DNA of 64,000 nucleotides from Yuukianura sp. NJ FZ-2021 (Eukaryota). The notes under the pieces were generated by a model. That model was not told the DNA's origin and made no database searches. It saw only the letters and a program-made list of their open reading frames with translations. Both the position numbers and the translations under genes were made by a program. The DNA is taken from positions 6,634,001 through 6,698,000 of the forward strand of contig CM102287.1 in NCBI GenBank assembly GCA_046563655.1. Direction: 5' to 3'. Numbering within the stretch: position 1 is the stretch's first letter; each line of letters opens with the position of its first letter. This document shows positions 1-10,883 of this stretch, piece by piece.

Positions 1-729
1 TGGTAACTTAAATTGAGATGCGAAACAGTTCTTGTTGTAGCAGCATAATTTTTAACCTAAAACATTTGTCACAGGAAAAGAACTTTGCGGTTTTCCTCCT
101 ATTTTCAATTCCTCTTCAGCGTTTTGTGCATTTAATGCATGTACGAATCTTCTCAGCTTCAGCCCCTAAACACTGTTTTCATTTGGCGTGCCCCCTTAAA
201 CGACTCTATCAGCCTAAATGTCATGAGGTCACTCTTAAATGTCTTCGTAGAATTTAAAACCTTCAAACTTAAAGATCCAGACCACGCATAACTTTATTCA
301 ATGTGCAAACACAGTCTTTGATGCTTGATTTTCGATGTGAGTCAGAAGTCCAGGGACGAATTTATAGGAATCCTATTTGGTCATTACATCATCAGTAAAG
401 ATGAAGATGACCTCATGCCAAAGAGGGCTAAAGTGAGTAGGGGTTAGAATGATGACAGCTAGACTCTGATATTTGATTTCAACCAATCTTCCTAAATGCA
501 ATGCATTTAAATGTATGTGCGTTTGTAAATGTGTAAACAATTTGATCACAAACATTAGCTGGGAAGGCCCCGTGATTTATGTGATTGGTGGAGTGACAAC
601 TCGGCCTTGGCTGGAGGAAAAGGTTGCATTCGCAAAGAAATCATGATTCACTTACTACCGTAGTCATGTTCATGATTTTGGATTTTTGAAATTTTTGAAA
701 AACAATGTTCAATTTTGATTGTTTTTTAG

Positions 730-1449
730 ATTATGAGCAAGTACAATGAGGAACATGCTCATGAAGTTCTGGATTGGATCAAAGTCGTGACAGCGGAGGA
801 CATCAACACCTCTGGAGACGCAGACAACTTTTACGAAGTCCTCAAGGACGGAACTCTCCTCTGCAAGTAATAAAATCAATTCTACTTAATTTGGAAATAC
901 AAAATTATGATTTGATTTTGAAATTGAGTTTTTTGACAAAATTTATTCACGTGTGTTGAATTTCAAATTTTCAGATTGGTGAACAAGCTCCAGCCAGACG
1001 TCGTCAAGAAGTTCAACCAGTCCACAATGGCGTTCAAATGTATGGAAAACATCAACCATTTCCTAGCCGCTGCGACGACGCTTGGTGTCCCCTCTCAGGA
1101 ACAGTTCCAGACTGTGGACTTGTGGGAGAAGCAGAATCTGAACTCCGTCGTCGTTTGCCTGCAGTCACTCGGCAGAAAGTCAGACAAATTCGGAAAGCCA
1201 AGCATTGGGCCCAAAGAAGCTGCCAAAAATGTCCGACATTTTTCTGAAGAGACGCTCAAGGCCGGTGAAACCGTAATTGGCCTGCAGAGCGGCTCAAACA
1301 AGGTAAGCAACTTCAAAAACACAAGGACTTTGCAAATATTTACTTCCAAAGAATCTTGTTGATTGTTGTGCTTATGAATTTACGTTTGAATTTTGTCATA
1401 GGGTGCGACTCAATCCGGAATCAACTTTGGAAACACCCGACACATGTAA
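730..1449 (+). CDS. Chd64: Transgelin/myophilin (Chd64-like) calponin-homology protein, 5'-partial; exons 730-866, 975-1302, 1402-1449
   Basis: Spliced translation IMSKYNEEHAHEVLDWIKVVTAEDINTSGDADNFYEVLKDGTLLCKLVNK...AFKCMENINHFL...FQTVDLWEKQNL...IGLQSGSNKGATQSGINFGNTRHM*. This is a CH domain plus one calponin repeat. GT-AG junctions keep frame. The first exon is probably upstream of the window. Confidence 0.92.
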
Positions 1450-1697
1450 AACGCCTCCACTTCCATTGACGAAACCAGACAACGAGCAATATCGCCAAAG
1501 AAAAACTTCCAACTTTGCAGAGAGTTTATTACAAGAATTTATTACAAATAATAACAATTCATTTGAATTCAATTGTTTCAAAATTTTGAAGATTAAAGAC
1601 CACTTGAAAGCTTCCTGTCCATAACAAGCAATGCAAAATTTGGTGAAAATAAAGAGAGTAAAGATCAGGTACTTTAGTATACTGGTTTGGTATAATA

Positions 1698-2222
1698 CTA
1701 ATGGAATCCGCCATTGTCTTGACACTGACAAGCATCGAAGGGCCCACCGGACACTGGAGCCCAATTTGAAGTCAAAGCATCTCTGCCGGACACTGACATG
1801 GAAGTGCCCCAGGCTCCGCCACCTTTAAACCAGAACAAGAAGTTATCCATTTCAAATTGTGAAAAGATTTTAGCAAAGTCATGTCAGAGACATTTTCTGG
1901 TCTCTCGGCCATTTTTCGTGTTTGATCACTCTGACCTACGTCGATTTTGACATTCATCGTCACCTTAACCTAAAAATTTCATGAATTCGCGCCAATGCTT
2001 ACCATGGTTGCAGAGTCCGCGTGCATGCAAGGTCTGACTCCCAATGTGTAGGTGGTGGAATGCACCAGAGATTGGATTGACCTTTGTCTGCTTCTCGCTA
2101 GAAATAACGTCCATCACCGCGTCATCCGTAAGTATCGTGAAGTGGTTACTGACAACGTATGGAGAAGAGGGTGACTCAGGATCGCTGTTGTTGCAGCGAT
2201 CCTTGTGAAAACAGGACTCCAT
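1698..2222 (-). CDS. Possible small unknown protein; exon structure ambiguous
   Basis: ATG ORF MESCFHKDRC...ARGLCNH ends at a G|GTAAGC donor near 2002. An in-frame acceptor at 1823 gives GGGAWGTSMSVSG...DACQCQDNGGFH*. Other acceptors give other endings, and no family was recognised. Confidence 0.3.
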
Positions 2223-3365
2223 GCACTCGATAACCTATTGGAGACAAGAATCGTAGTAAACACAGTATTCAAACGTAGGATCGACGGGAAATTTAATAGT
2301 ATTAACGCAAAATAATTTTGACACTTTGATTTACCATGAAGACTCCAATGATCAAAATCGCAGCCATAACTATAAGAATGATGAGCCAAAGTGTATCCAT
2401 GATACTTGTTCACATCAGAAATAAAATGTTAATGGTTATTTAAAAATTTAACAATTAAATTATTGCTGAATTTGAAAAGGGTTAAGGTTAAGGGTTGGAG
2501 ATCTACAGTGAAAATGGCTGTTCGTGAAGTAACTACGTTTGACTGTCCTGTCCGTTCAAGTTCATGACGCTGAAAGAGTCGTCATGTTCGCGGTTAAGTG
2601 ACATCAGGGGCTTAAGGAAACTTTGAAAAAATTTCAGTAGAACTGAAAATACCGAAACCGCAAGGAAATAAAAGCATTTCCCCATATTGCAATCAACGTG
2701 TATGACAATGTCACAGGCTTCAATTTCTGTTTTTAATCGAAATTACGCAACTGAATGCTAACATAAATTGTTTAAGAGAAGAGCTGAATTTCCGAAAAGT
2801 ACTGAAATCATGACTAAATTCAAAATTTTCTGCTTTTATAAAATGAAGTGTATTTTCCAATTACGCGTATACGCATGTACAACTAATATCAATAAACAAA
2901 TACTTGGCAATGCTTTCCAATACATTTACTTCTGAATTGAGTAAAAAGAATCGTTGTGTAGTTGAAAAAGTGTAAAAGTCAATATCACTTCGTCAATCTT
3001 TCGGGATCCACGAGAGGTTTTTAATAATTTGGTCTTCCCAAAAGCATTATTGTTTCTTTTATTTGACAAGAGTACCAGTGTCTGGACTAATATTTTCAAT
3101 GGTTTCCATAATCAAAACTCAAGTAGCAATCGTAATTTTAAAGGAGAAAAAGATAACCATGGGTTGACAAGCAATGATCTATGACGTTCCCTCGAGGGTT
3201 TCGTATTCGCAGATTCCTGTTTTTACTTCACAATCACATTTTTAGTAGAAAATGGACTTTGTATGTTTCAAAGTTTAAAACCCTTAGATTCAATTTGAGA
3301 TTCCAGAAGGAAACATCTCAAAGTATTTCCATAAATAAAATTTCAAAAAGACAACTTTGAATTTT

Positions 3366-4890
3366 ATGGCATCAAAGTTCCAGTCAGAGCAAGAGGGACT
3401 CTTTTCCTCTGGGTCCATTTCCTCGACATCTTCAACAATTACTCCTGCAAAGTCTCCATCACTGTACGTTTTTGGCGGTAGTGGGGTGGCGAAAGGCTGT
3501 AAGTTTTCTAGTTTTCAAACAGTTAGCTAAGATTAGTTTGTTAAAGTTTTTAACTTTTAGTGGCTAAATAAATTCGAATTTGAATTTTGGAGGAATAGGT
3601 TTATAAGAAGTTTAAAAATTTTGTCGCATATAGCAGTGAAAAGGGCGGAAAAACTTAGTTTCGCTAGGAATGGCGAGGAATGGACACGTTTAATGGACAT
3701 GCCTTTGGAACGAAACTACTTTTCTGGAGCTGTGGTGAATGGAATTATTTATGTTATTGGCGGACGAAATGCCAAGAAAGAAGTAGTTCAGTCTATTGAC
3801 TCTTATGATCCAGCAACCGAAGTTTGGAAAACAGTTTTTGGGGTCAAACCGGCATATCCGAGGTCAGAATTTGGTAAGGTATTGCTTAAAGCCCCGGTAA
3901 ATATGATGTTTGGCGAGTTAAGTAAACCTAACGAAACTCCTTTAAAGTTCTTTGATTTCACGTTTTTAGGTGCAGCCGCAGTGCGTGACAAAATTTTCCT
4001 GATTGGCGGCTACGCCGATGCTTGTCGTCGTGTGGAATGCTACGATGTGACGAAAAATGAAATTTCGGAGAGGCGGAGCCTTGAGCGTGGAAGGTGGGGC
4101 CTTGGAGTCGTTTATTGTCGAGGCCGGTAACATTCGTTTATGATTTCTAAGTTTTAAAATTTTATAAACATTTATACTGAACACTTAGCCCATAAGTTTC
4201 ATGAAAGTGTTTTTCTTTAACAAAATGTCAACTATACTATAACAGACTTTATACTGCAAGTTTTTTTCTGACAGGATCTATGCTTGTGGAGGACAATGGT
4301 ACAATTACAGAACGTCCGATGAAAAATCTCGGCGGCAAAGTTCTGTATATTTGAATGATGTTGAAAGTTATGACCCGGTAATTGATCGTTGGGAAAGAGA
4401 ATCCGGGATGCTTCGGCGCAGAGGCTACTTTGATATGGCCGTTTACGAAGATTGCATCTACGCCGTTGGAGGGATGGGTGGTGAATGTAACCAAAGGGGA
4501 TCTAGACGTTTGGACTCCATTGAAAAGTAAACACGGTTGATGACATTTCAAATTACTTTTGAAGAACTCTTTTAGCTTCAAACAATTTTAAAATTGTGTT
4601 TTTTTTTCATTTTCCTCAGGTACGACACTTACACCAAACAATGGTCCATGATTCCAACACGACTGGAAGGGACTGTCTCCAATTTGTGCGTTGTAGTTGT
4701 CCAGTCAAAGTTACTTGCGATTGGTGGAACATGCAATCGTTCACTGGAGAATGAACGTCCTGGAGCCAATTTCCTCAGTTCAATTCAAATGATTGACCTC
4801 AAGATGTCATTTTCGATGCAGACGACTGCAAAGGCATATCCGATTGCGCTTACGAGTCCTAGGCATTCCTTTGTAGCTGTTGTGCTTTGA
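3366..4890 (+). CDS. Kelch-repeat beta-propeller protein without BTB/BACK; 5 exons
   Basis: Repeated Kelch blades LYVFGG, IYVIGG...SYDPATEVW, IFLIGG...CYDVTKN, IYACGG...SYDPVIDRW, IYAVGG...YDTYTKQW, LLAIGG, with consistent GT-AG phases. Confidence 0.88.
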
Positions 4891-5196
4891 CAGAAATATA
4901 ATTTCAATGTAAACCAAAATGCTGAACTTTGTATTTAAAATGTTACAACGAACGTTTCTTAAAAAGGTTGAAGTTCTAGACCACGCTGTGTGCTTTTTAT
5001 CCACTTTGAACGATCAAATCACACAAAATTAAAAATTATTAATTATTTATTTTGAAATATCAAGTTTAATTTATAAATCTCTGCCAAAATATTAAAATAC
5101 TATGCAAGATTTTTTCTTCATAGAATGCATTAATTGTAGGACACGGAAGATGTCCACTGGTATGGGTGTTGCCACTTCATCCATGATTTTTGCAAA

Positions 5197-5443
5197 TTAC
5201 TTCTTGCATGCTCCTGCGCCTGGACATCCCTTGCAGTCCTTCTTGTCTCCAACCTGTCCTGTTTGTGGACACCGCTGACCGCCGCCGCTGCTTCCCCATC
5301 CACCGGAACCGGAAGTAGCTTATAAAAAACAAACAAATTTTTGCAAAATCGATAACGGTAATCCCAAAAATTCAAAAGTATTTACCTTTATTAGCACTGT
5401 CGGCCTGGCCCCATCCACTTTTCTTGTCCTTGTCCGTGTTCAT
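5197..5443 (-). CDS. 59-aa Gly/Trp- and Cys-containing microprotein; exons 5443-5386 and 5318-5197
   Basis: MNTDKDKKSGWGQADSANK|ATSGSGGWGSSGGGQRCPQTGQVGDKKDCKGCPGAGACKK*. GC-rich exons flank a 67-nt AT-rich phase-1 GT-AG intron. A minus-strand AATAAA lies near 5046-5051. Confidence 0.72.
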
Positions 5444-6407
5444 GTTACTGTTTTACCAAAAAGTTGTTTGTGATCAACAAATTTTCAAGAAACTGCAGTG
5501 CTGTGCTCAAAATGGCAGACTGTCAACTAATACTCAAGTTAATCTACACTGGTTGGTTCTGGAAGATGAAAAATGAAAATGGCTTGGGTTTGGCTTACTT
5601 CGCATTTAGTTTTTTCTTTTGTCCTAGGAAAGGTGGTTGCTTTCTGTTTTTAAAGTTGTAAATGGTTTAGCCCAGGGCTTTTCGAGTCTAAAAACCAGCA
5701 GCATCGTGGCAGTTTTACAATAATAAAAATTGCTATAACAAATGTCGGGCTAGGCTAAAAATCTGTCAAATACTATGATATTGCCCTTCGTCTTTCTTTG
5801 TCCCAGGGATTTTAACCCTGTCAAGCCCAAATCCTAGCCAAACACTTCGCACTGCTGCTAACTGGTTATGTACATTTACTTTAAGTACTGTCTACACAAA
5901 ACACGCTTTCATTTTTCGTACTTCTGTTTTTTCTGTGTTCTTAAACACACAGATCAATTTCTTTGTTCTTTTTAGCTGATGCATGGCAATGAAGAGTTTT
6001 TTCGTCCGTACTGAAATACGCCTAAATTTTTAAAATTCTACCACTTTGAAATTTTTTAGAGCCCTGTAAGAGGAATTCATTTTGTTTTTAAGTCTATCGG
6101 TATTTGTAGTGTAATAAATTTCGGTACAAATCCTAATGTCCCAAATTGAGGATGTAGAATGTAAATGTATCAAATTTGAAATCAATTGAAACTAAAGTCT
6201 TGTTTACAGCGCAAATAATTAGCATAATCAGAGGTGAGAATTATACGATAATAGGAAGCGACAAGTAGTTAACCTAGTGTTGGGTTCCTGTAAAGTGGTA
6301 AACAAATTCACGACTTGAAGGAAATTCACTGCTAATTTACCGGGACATAAAGATAAAAGTTATTGTTGGTGACACGGGAAAATGGAAAACGTTGACACCA
6401 AAATTCC

Positions 6408-6445
6408 TATAAAACTGCACTTTCCCGACGAGATGCTCACTTCAC
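6408..6445 (+). promoter_or_regulatory. TATA box plus initiator-like element for the CUB-like gene
   Basis: TATAAAA at 6408-6414, TCACTT about 30 nt downstream, ATG at 6497. Confidence 0.5.
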
Positions 6446-6496
6446 AGTTGACATTTTTAGTAGATCTTCTTTCTCTGGTTTGTTGCTTCTCCTAAA

Positions 6497-8366
6497 ATGA
6501 ATTTAAAAATTCATCAGCTAGGTTTAATTTTTGTATTAGGATTTGTCTTGGCCAGCGTCCTTTCAGACTCAGCTTTTGAAGATGGCCGAGAAGATGGTTT
6601 CCACACAGCCGACTTAGAAGATACTACAGATGAAGATGTCAACGAAAACACTGACGACAGACAAGGAAAATTTTGTAAGAAATTTACAACCAAAATTTAG
6701 TTCCGATATTATAAATTTTGATTTCTGATCTCATGTAGTTTCATTCTACGGATTCCCAAAGTTGGAAAGCGTCCTTCACCATGGGAAAGGAAACGTGCGT
6801 TGCACAAAGGACAGCGGCCACAAACTCAACGAGCGGCACGGCGTTTGCGCTGCAAAGTAATCAAGCGTATACATATTGCAAGGTTAACTTCAATTAGTTA
6901 CTTTTTATTTAATCACATATTTTACAATTAGAGCGAAATGCAGAAACCTTGGCGGGACAGATTTGGAACGTTCGTGTGACCCAAAGTTTGGGTTTACGTG
7001 CTGCCAGCGTTAGTTTTTTTTTCTCAAATTGACATCACAATTGCTTTCATATTTCTTGAATCCGAATTTTGAAAATTTTGTGAAAATTTTTTTTTTGTTT
7101 TGAAAATTTTTTTTGTAGTAAACGTTACTTGTGACCGATCCAAAGACTCCTTAACTGTCACACGGGATTACGTGTACATTAGACACGAAACCAACCAACA
7201 AGAATGTCTGACGGACTACAAATTCCCGAAGGTGAGTTTTTATCATTTCTTGAAACGTACATCTTCTTCTTTTTGCAAATTTTTGAAATAAAAACTGATT
7301 GTGTTTAGCAATCCAACGTTTGCCAATTGCGACTTGAATTTAAGCAATTCAATTTGTCTCCACCAAATCGGACAACCGCGGAATGCTTAGGTGACAAACT
7401 CACAATTAGAAAGGCAGAAAATCTGCGTGACAATTTGATCCTCTGCGGAAAAGCTAATGAAACTGATCACCGTAAGCAAAACTGAAAAAAAATAAATCCT
7501 GTTTTTGAATTTCATGGAAAATTTTGGAAACTTCCAGTGTACCTACACTATGGCGAATCCAATGAAATTGTAATCAATCTGGATGTCGCTCAACAGCCAA
7601 ACTATGGAGAAGTGGAAATTTTAGTTCGACAAATCAAATGCAATGCTCCGGATTTAGGTGACTAGATTTGGCTATGTACTTTTAAATTTTTGAATGAAAT
7701 GTATTGACAATTTGTTTGAAGCTCCGGAGGGATGTACACAGTACTTCACGCAGCAACGCGGAGATGTTCGGAGTTTCAACTTTGACCCGTTAGTCGGGCA
7801 GCAGTTGAACAATCACATATACTCTGTCTGTGTCAAGGGTAGCGAAGGTTCCACTTCTGTTACGGTCAGCATTTCACCATCCTTACAGTATAACTTGGCA
7901 TAGTTTACCGACTGCGTTTCTTTTTGAATTTTTTGTAGTGGTCGCCATGCAATGGGGTTGAAGATTTTGACATAGTGAACCCACCACCAACGACAAGTAC
8001 ATTTTGTGAGACGGATTCAATTACAATTCCAGGCTCAGCCGGAACAAAATATTGTGTACCAGGAAGTTTGGTTACTGCTTACAGTAAGTCGAATATAATA
8101 TAATAATAAAATAGAATGAAATAGTAATATGATTTGAATCTGAAAATTTGTTTTCAGCCGAAGCCAAGCCTTTCCTACTCTATGTACACTTCGACGCACA
8201 GGAATTAATTATTCCTCCACCTCCACCAGGAGGAGGAGTGTGTCCACCTCCATATTGGATGAATTCCGTTCCTGAAACGGTTCCGCCGACTTGCGTACTA
8301 ACTGACGTTGCGCCAATTCCTGACATTAACAACCGCGGCTTTTGTCTTCGTTATCAACGGATGTAA
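6497..8366 (+). CDS. Secreted Cys-rich CUB-like domain protein (arthropod expanded family); about 9 exons
   Basis: Signal peptide and acidic pro-region ending RQGKFF. Motifs NVCQLRLEFKQF, ECLGD, LILCG, ILVRQIKC, APEGCTQYFT...GDVRSFNF...QQLNNHIYSVCVK, PFLLYVHFD, NRGFCLRYQ. Confidence 0.8.
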
Positions 8367-9216
8367 TTGAAATTTTCATAAAAATTACCATCGAATGTGG
8401 GAAAACATATTTATTGGTGAATAAATGTTAAAGTTGTTGCACTTCACTTTTTTGTGCCATGCGGTGGAGATACTTTCGCGAGTAGATCGGGTTTCATTCA
8501 TATGCCTGACTGGAATTAAAAAAATCAATTGCCGATCAGACGTCATCCAGTTCGTTCAAGGTTAACAAGTCAAGTTGTTAATTACAATTCGAATTCTATT
8601 TTCCTACGACTCATTACGCCTAATGTAATGAAGTATTTTTTACAAGTGAGAACGAACCAATATGCTTTGTAGAGCCCTGAAAGTAAACGAACCTTTAATA
8701 TTCACAACACAATTTATTAAAAATCTGCTTCTTTGAATTTGAAAACAAAAAATTCTCGTCTATAGACGATAGCTGCATGTTTCTTAAGTACGTCAAAGAA
8801 TAGGAGCATAGCTGCGGTTTATCATTTCACTTGGAAATAATAAATCGACTATTATACGACACTAAAGTGTAATCAAAAGGGCAAGAACAATTTGGGCTAG
8901 GATTTTAGCAGCAGTCGGAGGCATACTGGATCCTCGCTGATGTTCGCGGTTTAAAACGGCTTAAAGGGAACAAGTATTAAAATTTAACACATTACGTAAT
9001 TAAAATTGTACTACAAGGCCAAAGGGGTTCACTATTATGTCGGTGTCTCGAAAGGCATTTGATCGAATTTTAACTTTTTATACACTTATATTAAGCAGAT
9101 TACTGTGTAGTAAACAGTGCCGCTTCGAAACACACAAATGTGAAATTCCACAAACGTAACTTTTGTGATTAATGAATTAGAAAATAGCAAATCACGGCAG
9201 CGATGTATGATTGGCT

Positions 9217-10143
9217 TTAGCCATGAATCTGCGTAACTGTCATAGCAGAGCTGAGGTCAAGTTGGCGGCCCTCCTTCATCTAAACCGAAAAAAAATCGAT
9301 ATGATTTTTGTTAAACTTAAATTCGAAATAACCAAACTACATATTGATTTTAGTTAGCGTACGTTTTTGTAGTCATCGATCATCTCTTGAAACTTTTTGC
9401 AGTCTATGAGGGAAGAGACTAGCTCGTGTATGTCGCCGTCAATATCGTGCCGACTTTGAAGTTCTGACACGAATCCCTCCATGTCAAACTCCGGCAACAC
9501 TTTCTTTATCTCGTGCTCAATATAGTGGGCCACGACTTGTGAGTATTCCTTGAAGATCTCGAAAAGCACTGCTGGTGTTGGGGAGGCGGCCTCTCCAGAA
9601 AAATGCTGGTAGCAAGATTCCAGTTGACTGTTATGGAGGGTTTGAAATTCAGGACCTAAAAGGGACACCAAATCCTCATTTCCATACACCTTCCGAGTTA
9701 ATTTAATCGGAATTGAACGGCTAAGCTAAACTTACTCATTATGATTTCCTCGATGACACCCATGATCCGGTCAAAAGCAGTGGAATGATAGTGGGAGTAG
9801 ATGTCAAGCTCTTCCCAGTCGTTCTCGTTAGTATCCATGTTCATAGACGAAAGTTCAGCTGTGGCCGAGTTTACTTTTAAACAAACGACAAAGTGTTATA
9901 GTTTAGGTTCTAAATTGGTGAATTATAACTAATTGATCTAAATCTAATGATGCTGAGGGAATACGATACACCCATGCATGTCAAAAACGGTACGCAGTAC
10001 TCATAAAATAAGTGATTTGGAATAAAAACGAAATTACTAGTACCTTGAGCTTCCGTATCAATGTTTCTATTTCTTCTGTTTTGCGTGTCAATGTTTTCCA
10101 GCAACTGATTAGTATTCGGACGTGGTTGATTCGATTCTTCCAT
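9217..10143 (-). CDS. ARL2BP: ADP-ribosylation factor-like 2 binding protein (BART domain); 4 exons
   Basis: FDRIMGVIEEIIMSPEFQ...IFKEYSQVVAHYIE...LPEFDMEGFVSEL...GDIHELVSSLIDCKKFQEMIDDYKN|MKEGRQLDLSS matches the remembered ARL2BP pattern. The upstream exon (MEESNQP...EAQ) joins in phase 1. Confidence 0.85.
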
Positions 10144-10883
10144 TAAATTCACTGGAGGTGTAATTCCTTGTTACCAAATTCCTCAATTAGTTTTTTATTT
10201 AGCTGAAAACCAGTTAGAACTACGTCCCTTCTGAAAATTAATGTCCCCTGTGGCTGGCTGGTCTTGTTCTTGGGTGGCGTAGATACAGTAGTGGTCAAAA
10301 GTACAAAGGTATGGTAATGGTATGGTGTAAAGGGTTAGGTTAGGAGGAATTTCGCCTGTTTACAAACAAAAGTGAAACCAAACAGCATTGCGCAGAAGCA
10401 AAACAAATGTTTATGTAAACAAATTTCAAGTGGTCTTGCAGATAAGCACAACACAGCACACCTCCCTGCGAATTTCATTTTTGCAAAAATAAAAATAACC
10501 AAAAACTTATTACACTTTCGATGTGGGAAAATACTTTACTTTGCAAAACTTAGAACTGCTCGCTCCCAACTCATTGCCCTTTTGCCTTTTGTCCCTGAAA
10601 AACCATTTTCTATTTTTAATTATAATCTCTACGCGTATATTGTATAATGCTTTACTTGTAACATTACAAACCTGTTTGTTACATTCATGGAATTACTTAA
10701 CTATGCTAACTGTTACGTGGGAAGTTGACTAGCTATTATTACACCTATTTAGTAGAACAATTGAAGTGAAAAAAGATTTCTTAATGAAAAAGGCATGAAT
10801 TAAAATGATTAAAAGTTATTAAAAACGTAAATTGTAGGATAAAATTGTAAAATGGAGTATATTAAAGATCGACAAGACAGCTT

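Noticed and set aside
5130..5375. ORF-track 81-aa protein (MNFWDYRY...)
   Set aside because: It starts inside the intron with a non-ATG codon and uses a different frame. The spliced 59-aa model fits the splice signals better.
10330..10346. TTAGG telomere-like repeats (also near 2480, 28258 and 46211)
   Set aside because: Only about two units each, too short to call interstitial telomeric arrays.
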